Source: an uncultured Planctomycetota bacterium
GTDB taxonomy: Bacteria; Planctomycetota; Planctomycetia; Isosphaerales; Isosphaeraceae
Assembly (NCBI GenBank): GCA_963845755.1
Contig: CAWJTV010000031.1
Span: forward strand, 160,001 to 224,000
Direction: 5' to 3'
DNA: 64,000 bases
The notes under the pieces were generated by a model, which worked only from the letters and a program-made list of their open reading frames with translations, was not told where the DNA came from and searched no databases. The translations under genes and the position numbers were made by a program. This document shows positions 1-9,187 of this stretch, piece after piece (position 1 is the stretch's first letter; every line of letters begins with the position of its first letter).

Positions 1-2927
1 AAGAACGAACCGAAAAGCCCGACCGGCAGCGACAGGATCACGGCCAGCGGCAGGATAAAGCTCTCGTATTGCCCGACCAACACCAGATAGACGAACGCGA
101 CGACGATGAGGAAGATATAAATTGCCTCATTCCCCTTTTTTGACTCGTCATAAGAGAGACCCGACCAGCCGACGTCGAAACCGCGAGGCAGCGTCTCGAC
201 ACCGACCTCCTTGATCGCCTGGATGGCTTGACCGGTGCTGTAGCCAGCAGCCGGCGCGCATTGAATGGCGGCGGAGGTGAACAGGTTATACCGGGTGATT
301 CCATTCAAACCCTGCCTCTTTTCGCGCGTTATGAACGCGGAGTAGGGGACCATTTCCCCTTGGTCGTTCTTGACGAAAAGGTTCTCCAGATCCTCGGGGT
401 AGCGCCGGAACTCCGGCCGGGCCTGGACGAATACCTTGTAGAACTGGTTGAAGAGAATGAATCCCTGCTCCCAGGTGCTGCCAATGAGGATGTTGAGGCT
501 GTCCATCGCTGCCTTGATCGACACGCCCTTCTGATAGGCCATGTCTTTGTTGATGATCAGCTCGTACTGCGGGTAGTTGGCGGCGTAGAAGGTGAACAGG
601 TTCGTCACCTCCTTACGCTTTTTCAGGGCGGCCATGAATTTCTCGGTCACTTCTCCGAGGTGCTGGTAATCCGCGGAGAACGTCTTGTCGAGGACCAACA
701 AGGAGATACCCCCGGCGGTGCCAAAGCCGGGAACCGCGGGCGGTTCGAAGAACTCGAGCTTCACGTTGCTCATCCGGCGGCATTTTTCTTCGAGATCCAC
801 AATGATCTGGCGGGCGGTTCGCGTGCGGTCGGCCCAGGTCTTCAGGTTGATGATACAGGTTCCCGAGTTCGAGCCGCGGCCTTCGGTCAGGACTTCATAA
901 CCGGCCAACGAGGTGACGGAGGTGACCTCCTCGATCTCCTTGGCGATCTTCTCCAGCTCCTGGGATTTGTCGTTGGTGTACTCGAGCGTGGAGCCCGGAG
1001 GCGTCTGGAGGACGGCGTAGATGATGCCCTGGTCCTCGCCCGGGATAAACCCCGTCGGGAGCTGCGTATTGACAAGAACGATACCGGCGGCAAAACCCCC
1101 GACGACGGCCATGGTCAGCGTGCGGCGCGTGGCGATCCGCCGCACGATCGCGGCATAACCGCCCGTGACCTTCTCGACGGCGCGGTCAAAAGGACCCCGC
1201 ACCAACGGCAGAAGAATGAGCAGGAAGCCAACCGGCCCCCACAACTCATAGGCCAGATACGTGATTCCGCCCAGGACCAGCAACCCTCCCAGCGCAAACA
1301 GCAGCTTGACTCCGAGTCCGCGCGGCCTTTCCACGTGGCTCGTGGGGGAGTCAGTGCCGGTGTCGCTCGTGGGGGTGTTAGGGTCGGTGTCGTTCGTGTG
1401 GGAGTCAGTGCCGGTGGGGCTGTGGGGCTTGAGAATCATCGCACAGAGTACCGGCGTCAGCGTCAGGGCCACCAGGCCGGACAGAATGATGGACGTGGCC
1501 ATCGTGATCCCAAACTGGCGGTAGAAGGTGCCGACCGCCCCGGGAATGAACGTCACCGGAACGAAGACGGACGTCATCACGAGGGTGATGGCAATGATCG
1601 CGCCGGAGATCTCGTGCACGACCTCCATGGTTGCCCGGTAGGGCGATAAGTGCTTCTGGGCCATCTTGGCATGCACCGCCTCGACCACCACGATCGCATC
1701 GTCCACCACGACACCGATCGCGAGTACCATCGCGAAGAGTGTGATCAGGTTGATCGAGAGCCCCATCAACCGCAAGACAAAGAAGGTCCCGACCAGCGAC
1801 ACCGGAACCGCGAGTGTCGGGATCAGCGTGGATCGTAAATCCCCGAGGAACATGTAGACCACGAGCGACACCAAAATGAACGCCTCGAGTAGGGTGTGCA
1901 GCACCTTTTCGATCGAGGCGTCCAGGAATTTGGAGACGTCGTAGGCGAATTCGTAGTCCATCCCGGGAGGGAATGATTCCTTCTTGATCAGCTGGAGTTC
2001 CTTCTTGATTTCCTCGATCACCTCGGCGGCGTTGGAGCCGGGAGCCTGCTTGAGAACGATGGACGCCGCGGGACGCCCGTTGATGTCCGAGTAAATGTCG
2101 AAGAACTGGGGACCCAACTCCACCTGGGCGACGTCCTTGAGCCGCAGGATCTCCCCATCGGGATTTGCTTTCAAAATAATGCTTTCATACTGCTCTGGCT
2201 TGTTAAAACGCCCGATATAGGTCAACACGTATTCCTTTGATTGAGACGTCCTCCCTGTGGCCTGGCCGAGCCGTCCGGGCGAACCAATCACGCTCTGTTC
2301 CGACAGAGCCTTCATGACATCCTCGGACGACAAGTTGTAGGCACGCATGCGGTCGGGATTCAGCCAAACCCGCATCGCAAAGATGCGGTTGCCGAGATTC
2401 CTGGGGATGCCCATGCCTTTGATCCGCTTGAGCCGGGGCATGACGTAGACGTTGGCAAAGTTGAAGAGATCTTTCTGGTCGGCGTTTGGATCCGTGCTGT
2501 AAATATTCACGTACATCAGCATGCTCGGCACGACCTGGCTGACGAGGATCCCCTCGCGCACCACCAGGGGCGGGAGCTGGAAGAGCACGATGTTGACCCG
2601 GTTTTGCACGTTCACGACATTGATATTGGGATCCGTGCCCGGCTCGAAGTAGATGATGATCGCCGCCTCGCCGGCACTCGAGGCGGAGGAGGTGATGAAG
2701 CGCATGTTCTGAACGCCATTGATGGATTGCTCCAACGGGATCAGAACCGATTCGACCAGGACATTGGCGCTGGCGCCGGGATAGGAAATGGAGACCATCA
2801 CGGTCGGCGGCGCGATGTCGGGGAACTGTGCGATCGGCAGGGTCTTGATCCCCAGCACCCCCAGGAATAAGAGGATAGTTGAGATGACGATCGCGAGTGC
2901 CGGTTGATGGAGGATTTTTGTGAACAT
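1..2927 (-). CDS. RND efflux permease (HAE1/AcrB-like), copy 1; runs off the left window edge
   Basis: Not in the ORF track because its stop lies outside the window. The nucleotide sequence is nearly identical to 6235..9134 (offset 6234, then 6207). ATG at 2927 gives MFTKILHQPALAIVIS; contains the TM4 motif VLAIGVVVDDAIVVVE. Confidence 0.93.
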   Translation of the reverse strand, partial: MFTKILHQPALAIVISTILLFLGVLGIKTLPIAQFPDIAPPTVMVSISYPGASANVLVESVLIPLEQSINGVQNMRFITSSASSAGEAAIIIYFEPGTDPNINVVNVQNRVNIVLFQLPPLVVREGILVSQVVPSMLMYVNIYSTDPNADQKDLFNFANVYVMPRLKRIKGMGIPRNLGNRIFAMRVWLNPDRMRAYNLSSEDVMKALSEQSVIGSPGRLGQATGRTSQSKEYVLTYIGRFNKPEQYESIILKANPDGEILRLKDVAQVELGPQFFDIYSDINGRPAASIVLKQAPGSNAAEVIEEIKKELQLIKKESFPPGMDYEFAYDVSKFLDASIEKVLHTLLEAFILVSLVVYMFLGDLRSTLIPTLAVPVSLVGTFFVLRLMGLSINLITLFAMVLAIGVVVDDAIVVVEAVHAKMAQKHLSPYRATMEVVHEISGAIIAITLVMTSVFVPVTFIPGAVGTFYRQFGITMATSIILSGLVALTLTPVLCAMILKPHSPTGTDSHTNDTDPNTPTSDTGTDSPTSHVERPRGLGVKLLFALGGLLVLGGITYLAYELWGPVGFLLILLPLVRGPFDRAVEKVTGGYAAIVRRIATRRTLTMAVVGGFAAGIVLVNTQLPTGFIPGEDQGIIYAVLQTPPGSTLEYTNDKSQELEKIAKEIEEVTSVTSLAGYEVLTEGRGSNSGTCIINLKTWADRTRTARQIIVDLEEKCRRMSNVKLEFFEPPAVPGFGTAGGISLLVLDKTFSADYQHLGEVTEKFMAALKKRKEVTNLFTFYAANYPQYELIINKDMAYQKGVSIKAAMDSLNILIGSTWEQGFILFNQFYKVFVQARPEFRRYPEDLENLFVKNDQGEMVPYSAFITREKRQGLNGITRYNLFTSAAIQCAPAAGYSTGQAIQAIKEVGVETLPRGFDVGWSGLSYDESKKGNEAIYIFLIVVAFVYLVLVGQYESFILPLAVILSLPVGLFGSF

Positions 2928-2971
2928 GGTTCTAGAATAATCTCCTCGGGTTCCGTATCAGGAAGCGGTTG

Positions 2972-4837
2972 CTATTCCGCATGGTTTTTTTGGTTTGCCA
3001 TGACCTCTTCCGGGGAACGAAACTCGTATTCCACCTTCTCGCCGTCGTGAAGCTGTCGGACTCCCTCGAAAACGATCCTGTCGTTCACATCGAGTCCCTT
3101 CTTGATGACGAAGATGTCGTCCAGCTCGTTCTGGATGACGATCTCACGCTGATGCACCACGTCATCTTTGTCGACCACGTAGACGTATCGCTTGTCCATG
3201 ATCTCGTAAGCCGCCCGTATCGGGATGACGGTGGCGTCATGCAAGGTTCGGTGGATCAGGACGGTGCCGGTCTGACCGTGACGCAGCAGGCCGTCCGGGT
3301 TCGGGAAATCCGCCCGGAAGGCGATGTTCCCGGTCTCGTTGTTGAATTGGCCCTCGATCGCACCGATTTTGCCGCTCTGCGGGAACTTGTTGCCGTTTGC
3401 CAGCACGAGTTCGACTTTCGAATCCTCCTTATCCTGCTTCCGGACGGCCATGTATTCGAGGTATTGTTTCTCGGATATATTGAAATAGACCCACATCACG
3501 CTGTTATCGGACAAGGTCGTGAGGATGTCCCCCTCCTTGATCAGGCTGCCTAACTGCTCGTGCAGGCGGTTAACGATGCCATCGAAAGGTGCTCGGACGT
3601 CGGTAAAGTTCAGTTCGCGAATTAAGACTTCGGACCTGGCCAGAGCAATCGCGTCGGAAGGTGTGCTGACGTCGGTAGAGTTCGATTCGGCCTTCGTCAG
3701 GTTCGCTTTGGCCGGTTTGATCTTGAACATCGAATCGCCCTTCTTCACCGCCTGGCCCGCCTTGACTGAGATCTCCTCGAGATGCCCGTTCTCCAAGGCA
3801 CGAACGTTGATGTGGCGTTGCGCGTGGATCTGGCAGACATATTGCTGGGTGATGATGACGTCCGTTGCCTTGGGGCTGGTGACCACGATCTTGTCTGCGT
3901 GGTTTTCCCGTTTTTCCATCACCTCTTCCGGGGCACGAAACTCGTATTTCACCTTCTCGCCGTCGCGAACCTGTAGGATTCCTTCGACAACGATCCTGTC
4001 GCCCACACCGACTCCCTTCTTGATCACATAGATGTCATCCATTTCGTGCTGGGGGACGATCTCGCGCTGATGCACTACGTCATCTTTGCCGACGACGTAA
4101 ACGTACCGCTTATCGAGAAACTCGTAAGTCGCCCGCTGAGGGATGATGATGGCATCATGCAAGGTTCGGTGGATCATGATGGCACCGGCCTGGCCGTGAC
4201 GCAGCAGGCCGTCCGGGTTCGGGAAATCCGCCCGGAAGGCGATGTTCCCGGTCTCGTTGTTGAATTGGGCCCCGATCACACCGATTTTGCCGCTCCGCGG
4301 GAACTTGTTGCCGTTTGCCAGCACGAGTTCGACTTTCCGATCCCCCTGATCCTGCTTCGGGCTGGCCATGTATTCGAGGTACTGGGCCTCGGGTACGTTG
4401 AAATAGACCCACATCACGCGGTTATCGGACAAGGTCGTGAGGATGTCCCTCTCCTTGAGCGGGCTGCCCACTTGCTTGTGGAGGCGGTCGACGATGCCGT
4501 CGAAAGGTGCTTTGATGTTGGTCAAGTTCAATTCGGCCTTCGCCTTGATCTTGAACATCGAATCGCCCTTCTTCACCGCCTGGCCCCCCTTGACTGAGAT
4601 CTCCTCGAGATATCCATCCTGAAATGCATAAATATTGATTTTTAGATGTGCGTGGATTTGGCAGACATGTCGCTGCGTAATGATGACGTCCGTTGCCTTG
4701 GGGCTGGTGACCAGGATCCTCTGGTGCTCCTGGTGGGGCTGCATATTCGCCAACCCCAGGACGCCGCCACTTACAAACACGACGACCAACATGAGGGTTC
4801 TGATGGGTCGCCGTATGGCAAAGACGATGGTATTCAT
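2972..4837 (-). CDS. RND periplasmic adaptor (MFP) with two tandem MFP modules
   Basis: 621 aa. The motif set APFDG / WVYFN / ETGNIAFRADFPNPDGLLRHGQ / IPxRA / GLxVxDRIV occurs twice. N-terminal hydrophobic anchor; caggag RBS-like sequence upstream. Confidence 0.88.
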   Translation of the reverse strand: MNTIVFAIRRPIRTLMLVVVFVSGGVLGLANMQPHQEHQRILVTSPKATDVIITQRHVCQIHAHLKINIYAFQDGYLEEISVKGGQAVKKGDSMFKIKAKAELNLTNIKAPFDGIVDRLHKQVGSPLKERDILTTLSDNRVMWVYFNVPEAQYLEYMASPKQDQGDRKVELVLANGNKFPRSGKIGVIGAQFNNETGNIAFRADFPNPDGLLRHGQAGAIMIHRTLHDAIIIPQRATYEFLDKRYVYVVGKDDVVHQREIVPQHEMDDIYVIKKGVGVGDRIVVEGILQVRDGEKVKYEFRAPEEVMEKRENHADKIVVTSPKATDVIITQQYVCQIHAQRHINVRALENGHLEEISVKAGQAVKKGDSMFKIKPAKANLTKAESNSTDVSTPSDAIALARSEVLIRELNFTDVRAPFDGIVNRLHEQLGSLIKEGDILTTLSDNSVMWVYFNISEKQYLEYMAVRKQDKEDSKVELVLANGNKFPQSGKIGAIEGQFNNETGNIAFRADFPNPDGLLRHGQTGTVLIHRTLHDATVIPIRAAYEIMDKRYVYVVDKDDVVHQREIVIQNELDDIFVIKKGLDVNDRIVFEGVRQLHDGEKVEYEFRSPEEVMANQKNHAE

Positions 4838-5153
4838 GGCCCTTACTGCTCCTGGCGGGTTCGCGGCCGGTTAACATCCACACCTCGGGCGAGAAATCTC
4901 CGATGGCCAGGTTCCTTGCTGTAGACTGCGAAGGAAACGGGCAAATGCACGTCGGATGACGCGATTTCACGAGCATTGCCGGGAGGCACCTCGGCCCGGC
5001 CGATCGTGCGGGCACCCGGGCGACGGTCGATGACGGCGCGCAGTCCCTCGGGGCGATAGCCGGGCCGATCACGGACCTGATGGGAACGTTCGGCCATCCC
5101 CCCCCAACGATCGCGCCCGCGTGATGAGGACGACGCTGGTCGGGGGTATAGTC

Positions 5154-5540
5154 TCAGCAGCGGCGCGGTCGGGCCACTAGCGAGACAGCGTAGGTGAGCC
5201 GTGGGGAGTAAGGCTCGGGACAGGGAGAGGGCAGTACGTCGAAGGATACGGAAGCCAGCGGGGATTTTACGGTCAGTTCATCCTCAATATCGGCGTCCAG
5301 TTCGTCCTCGATATCGGACTGGAGGGAGTCCGCCTCCCTCAAGGAGGGGCGGGCCGACATCGCAAATTGGCCGCTGTACCCATTATTGAGGATGACGAAG
5401 TTGCGCGGGAGGTAGTCGGGAGAGGTGGCTGTAGGGTATGACCCGGTGAGCCGAATCGGTGAACACATCACCGTCAGCAGCAGCGCCACGGCCGCCAGGA
5501 TGCGAATCCCATGATCGACGAAGCGTCCCATCATCGTCAT
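5154..5540 (-). CDS. Small hypothetical exported/membrane protein ending ...ARPRRC; paralogue of 10917..11282
   Basis: N-terminal hydrophobic stretch followed by SPIR, then RNFV, an acidic middle and C-terminal PxRC. Same layout and operon position as 10917..11282. Confidence 0.6.
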   Translation of the reverse strand: MTMMGRFVDHGIRILAAVALLLTVMCSPIRLTGSYPTATSPDYLPRNFVILNNGYSGQFAMSARPSLREADSLQSDIEDELDADIEDELTVKSPLASVSFDVLPSPCPEPYSPRLTYAVSLVARPRRC

Positions 5541-5777
5541 TCAGGTCCCGGGTGCGGTGAAAGGCTCAGAATCCATGCAGCCAGAACACGTACCGGCTAG
5601 CATCAAATCTCAACTTTACCAACGGTTTGGATTGTTGGCTTGTCTGACATTCGCTGGCAGGGCCCATCAAAAAATGCAAGGCTCAACGCGCAATTCGCGG
5701 ATTTCAGCAGGAGTATTGTAGTTCGCGTGAACGTTCTGTCAAGCTTGTTCGCACAGGACGGCAGAACCAGCAGGAGG

Positions 5778-8700
5778 CTACACGTGAACGTGATCGTGTT
5801 CTTCTTCTGCTTCGGCTCGGTGTCCGGCAACCTCACTCAGTGGTCCATGGGTCTCGTCCTTGAGGAGTTTGCGTCCGCCGTCCAGTTGCCCGAATAAATA
5901 ATACAGGCCGGGAATGACCAAGACTCCGATCACCGTGCCCACCAGCATGCCGCCGGCTCCCGTCGTGCCGATGGTTCGGTTGCCGATCGCCCCGGCGCCG
6001 CTGGCCACCACCAACGGAAGCAGACCCGCGATGAACGCGAACGACGTCATCTGAATCGGCCGGAACCGCAGTTTTGCGCCTTCGACCGCCGCCTCCTGGA
6101 GAGACACGCCTTCCAGCCGACGTTGGACCGCGAATTCCACGATCAAGATCGCGTTCTTGCCCAGCAGGCCGACCAACATCACCAGACCAATCTGGGCGTA
6201 CACGTCGTTAGCCAAACCCATGGCCTGCAGGAAGAAGAACGAACCGAAAAGCCCGACCGGCAGCGACAGGATCACGGCCAGCGGCAGGATAAAGCTCTCG
6301 TATTGCCCGACCAACACCAGATAGACGAACGCGACGACGATGAGGAAGATATAGACGGCCTCATTCCCCTTTCTTGACTCGTCATAAGAGAGACCCGACC
6401 AGCCGACGTCGAAACCGTGAGGCAGCGTCTCGAGGCCGACCTCCTTGATCGCCTGGATGGCTTGACCGGTGCTGTAGCCAGCAGCCGGCGCGCATTGAAT
6501 GGCGGCGGAGGTGTACAGGTTATACCGGGTGATCTCATTCAAACCCTGCTTCTTCTTGACCGTCATGAACGCGGAGTAGGGGACCATTGCCCCTTGGTCG
6601 TTCTTGACGAATAAGTTCTCCAGATCCTCGGGGTAGCGCCGGAACTCCGGCTTGGCCTGGACGAAGACCTTGTAGAACTGGTTGAAGCGAATGAATCCCT
6701 GCTCCCAGGTGCTGCCAATGAGGATGTTGAGGTTGTCCATCGCTGCCTTGATCGACACGCCCTTCTGATAGGCCATGTCTTTATTGATGATCAGCTCGTA
6801 CTGCGGATAGTTGGCGGCGTAGAAGGTGAACATGTTCGTCACCTCCTTACGCTTTTTCAGAGTGGCCATGAACTTCTCGGTCACTTCACCAAGATGCTGG
6901 TAATCCGCGGAGAACGTCTTGTCGAGGACGAGCATGGAGATACCCCCGGCGGTGCCGAAGCCGGGAACCGCGGGCGGTTCGAAGAACTCGAGCTTCACGT
7001 TGCTCATCCGGCGGCATTTTTCTTCGAGATCCACAATGATCTGGCGGGCGGTTCGCGTGCGGTCGGCCCAGGTCTTCAGGTTGATGATACAGGTTCCCGA
7101 GTTCGAGCCGCGGCCTTCGGTCAGGACTTCATAACCGGCCAACGAGGTGACGGAGGTGACCTCCTCGATCTCCTTGACGATCTTCTCGAGCTCCTGGGAT
7201 TTGTCGTTGGTGTACTCGAGCGTGGAGCCCGGAGGGGTCTGGAGGACGGCGTAGATGATGCCCTGGTCCTCGCCCGGGATAAACCCCGTCGGGAGCTGCG
7301 TGTTGACAAGAACGATACCGGCGGCAAAACCCCCGACGACGGCCATGGTCAGCGTGCGGCGCGTGGCGATCCGTCGCACGATCGCGGCATAACCGCCCGT
7401 GACCTTCTCGACGGCGCGGTCAAAAGGACCCCGCACCAACGGCAGAAGAATGAGCAGGAAGCCAACCGGCCCCCACAACTCATAGGCCAGATACGTGATT
7501 CCGCCCAGGACCAGCAACCCTCCCAGCGCAAACAGCAGCTTGACTCCGAGTCCGCGCGGCCTTTCCACGTGGCTCGTGTGGAGGTCAGGGTCGGTGCCGT
7601 TCGTGTGGGAGTCAGTGCCGGTGGGGCTGTGGGGCTTGAGAATCATCGCACAGAGTACCGGCGTCAGCGTCAGGGCCACCAGGCCGGACAGAATGATGGA
7701 CGTGGCCATCGTGATCCCAAACTGGCGGTAGAAGGTGCCGACCGCCCCGGGAATGAACGTCACCGGAATGAAGACGGACGTCATCACGAGGGTGATGGCA
7801 ATGATCGCGCCGGAGATCTCCTGCATGACCTCCATGGTTGCCCGGTAGGGCGATAAGTGCTTCTGGGCCATCTTGGCATGCACCGCCTCGACCACCACGA
7901 TCGCATCGTCCACCACGACACCGATCGCGAGTACCATCGCGAAGAGTGTGATCAGGTTGATCGAGAGCCCCATCAACCGCAAGACAAAGAAGGTCCCGAC
8001 CAGCGACACCGGAACCGCGAGTGTCGGGATCAGCGTGGATCGTAAATCCCCGAGGAACATGTAGACCACGAGCGACACCAAAATGAACGCCTCGAGTAGG
8101 GTGTGCAGCACCTTTTCGATCGAGGCGTCCAGGAATTTGGAGACGTCGTAGGCGAATTCGTAGTTCATCCCGGGAGGGAATGATTCCTTCTTGATCAGGT
8201 CGAGTTCCTTCTTGATTTCCTCGATCACCTCGGCGGCGTTGGAGCCGGGAGCCTGCTTGAGAACGATGGACGCCGCGGGATGCCCGTTGATGTCCGAGTA
8301 AATATCGAAGAACTGGGGACCCAACTCCACATCGCCAACGTCCTTGAGCCGCAGGATCTCCCCATCGGCATTTGCTTTTAGAATGATGCTTTCATACTGC
8401 TCTGGCTTGTTAAAGCGCCCGATATAGGTCAACACGTACTCTTTGGATTGCGACGTCTTCCCCGTGGCCTGGCCGAGTCGTCCGGGCGAACCAATCATGC
8501 TCTGTTCCGACAGAGCCTTCATGACATCCTCGGACGACAGGTTGTAGGCACGCATGCGGTCGGGATTCAGCCAAACCCGCATCGCAAAGATGCGGTTGCC
8601 GAGATTCCTGGGGATGCCCATGCCTTTGATCCGCTTGAGCCGGGGCATGACGAAGACGTTGGCAAAGTTGAAGAGGTCTTTCTGGTCGGCGTTTTTATCC

Positions 8701-9134
8701 GTGCTGTAAATGTTCACGTACATCAGCATGCTCGGCACGACCTGGCTGACGAGGATCCCCTCGCGCACCACCAGGGGCGGGAGCTGGAAGAGCACGATGT
8801 TGACCCGGTTTTGCACGTTCACGACATTGATGTTGGGATCCGTGCCCGGCTCGAAGTAGATGATGATCGCCGCCTCGCCGGCACTCGTGGCGGAGGAGGT
8901 GATGAAGCGCATGTTCTGAACGCCGTTGATGGATTGCTCCAACGGGATCAGAACCGATTCGACCAGGACATTGGCGCTGGCGCCGGGATAGGAAATGGAG
9001 ACCATCACGGTCGGCGGCGCGATGTCGGGGAACTGTGCGATCGGCAGGGTCTTGATCCCCAGCACCCCCAGGAATAAGAGGATGATTGAGATGACGATCG
9101 CGAGTGCCGGGCGATGGAGGATTTTTGTGAACAT
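5778..9134 (-). CDS. RND efflux permease (HAE1/AcrB-like), copy 2
   Basis: 1118 aa with LPIAQFPDIAPP, GVVVDDAIVVVE, GLLGKNAILIVEF and RFRPIQMTSFAF motifs. Confidence 0.95.
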   Translation of the reverse strand: MFTKILHRPALAIVISIILLFLGVLGIKTLPIAQFPDIAPPTVMVSISYPGASANVLVESVLIPLEQSINGVQNMRFITSSATSAGEAAIIIYFEPGTDPNINVVNVQNRVNIVLFQLPPLVVREGILVSQVVPSMLMYVNIYSTDKNADQKDLFNFANVFVMPRLKRIKGMGIPRNLGNRIFAMRVWLNPDRMRAYNLSSEDVMKALSEQSMIGSPGRLGQATGKTSQSKEYVLTYIGRFNKPEQYESIILKANADGEILRLKDVGDVELGPQFFDIYSDINGHPAASIVLKQAPGSNAAEVIEEIKKELDLIKKESFPPGMNYEFAYDVSKFLDASIEKVLHTLLEAFILVSLVVYMFLGDLRSTLIPTLAVPVSLVGTFFVLRLMGLSINLITLFAMVLAIGVVVDDAIVVVEAVHAKMAQKHLSPYRATMEVMQEISGAIIAITLVMTSVFIPVTFIPGAVGTFYRQFGITMATSIILSGLVALTLTPVLCAMILKPHSPTGTDSHTNGTDPDLHTSHVERPRGLGVKLLFALGGLLVLGGITYLAYELWGPVGFLLILLPLVRGPFDRAVEKVTGGYAAIVRRIATRRTLTMAVVGGFAAGIVLVNTQLPTGFIPGEDQGIIYAVLQTPPGSTLEYTNDKSQELEKIVKEIEEVTSVTSLAGYEVLTEGRGSNSGTCIINLKTWADRTRTARQIIVDLEEKCRRMSNVKLEFFEPPAVPGFGTAGGISMLVLDKTFSADYQHLGEVTEKFMATLKKRKEVTNMFTFYAANYPQYELIINKDMAYQKGVSIKAAMDNLNILIGSTWEQGFIRFNQFYKVFVQAKPEFRRYPEDLENLFVKNDQGAMVPYSAFMTVKKKQGLNEITRYNLYTSAAIQCAPAAGYSTGQAIQAIKEVGLETLPHGFDVGWSGLSYDESRKGNEAVYIFLIVVAFVYLVLVGQYESFILPLAVILSLPVGLFGSFFFLQAMGLANDVYAQIGLVMLVGLLGKNAILIVEFAVQRRLEGVSLQEAAVEGAKLRFRPIQMTSFAFIAGLLPLVVASGAGAIGNRTIGTTGAGGMLVGTVIGVLVIPGLYYLFGQLDGGRKLLKDETHGPLSEVAGHRAEAEEEHDHVHV

Positions 9135-9187
9135 GGTCCGGGAACACTCCCGTAGTGTTCGGTGCCGAGAACGTCAGTGAGCGGCTG

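Noticed and set aside
228..8064. Long plus-strand ORFs antisense to the RND genes (e.g. 228..1649, 6894..7856)
   Set aside because: Shadow ORFs caused by high-GC codon bias; no recognisable motifs.
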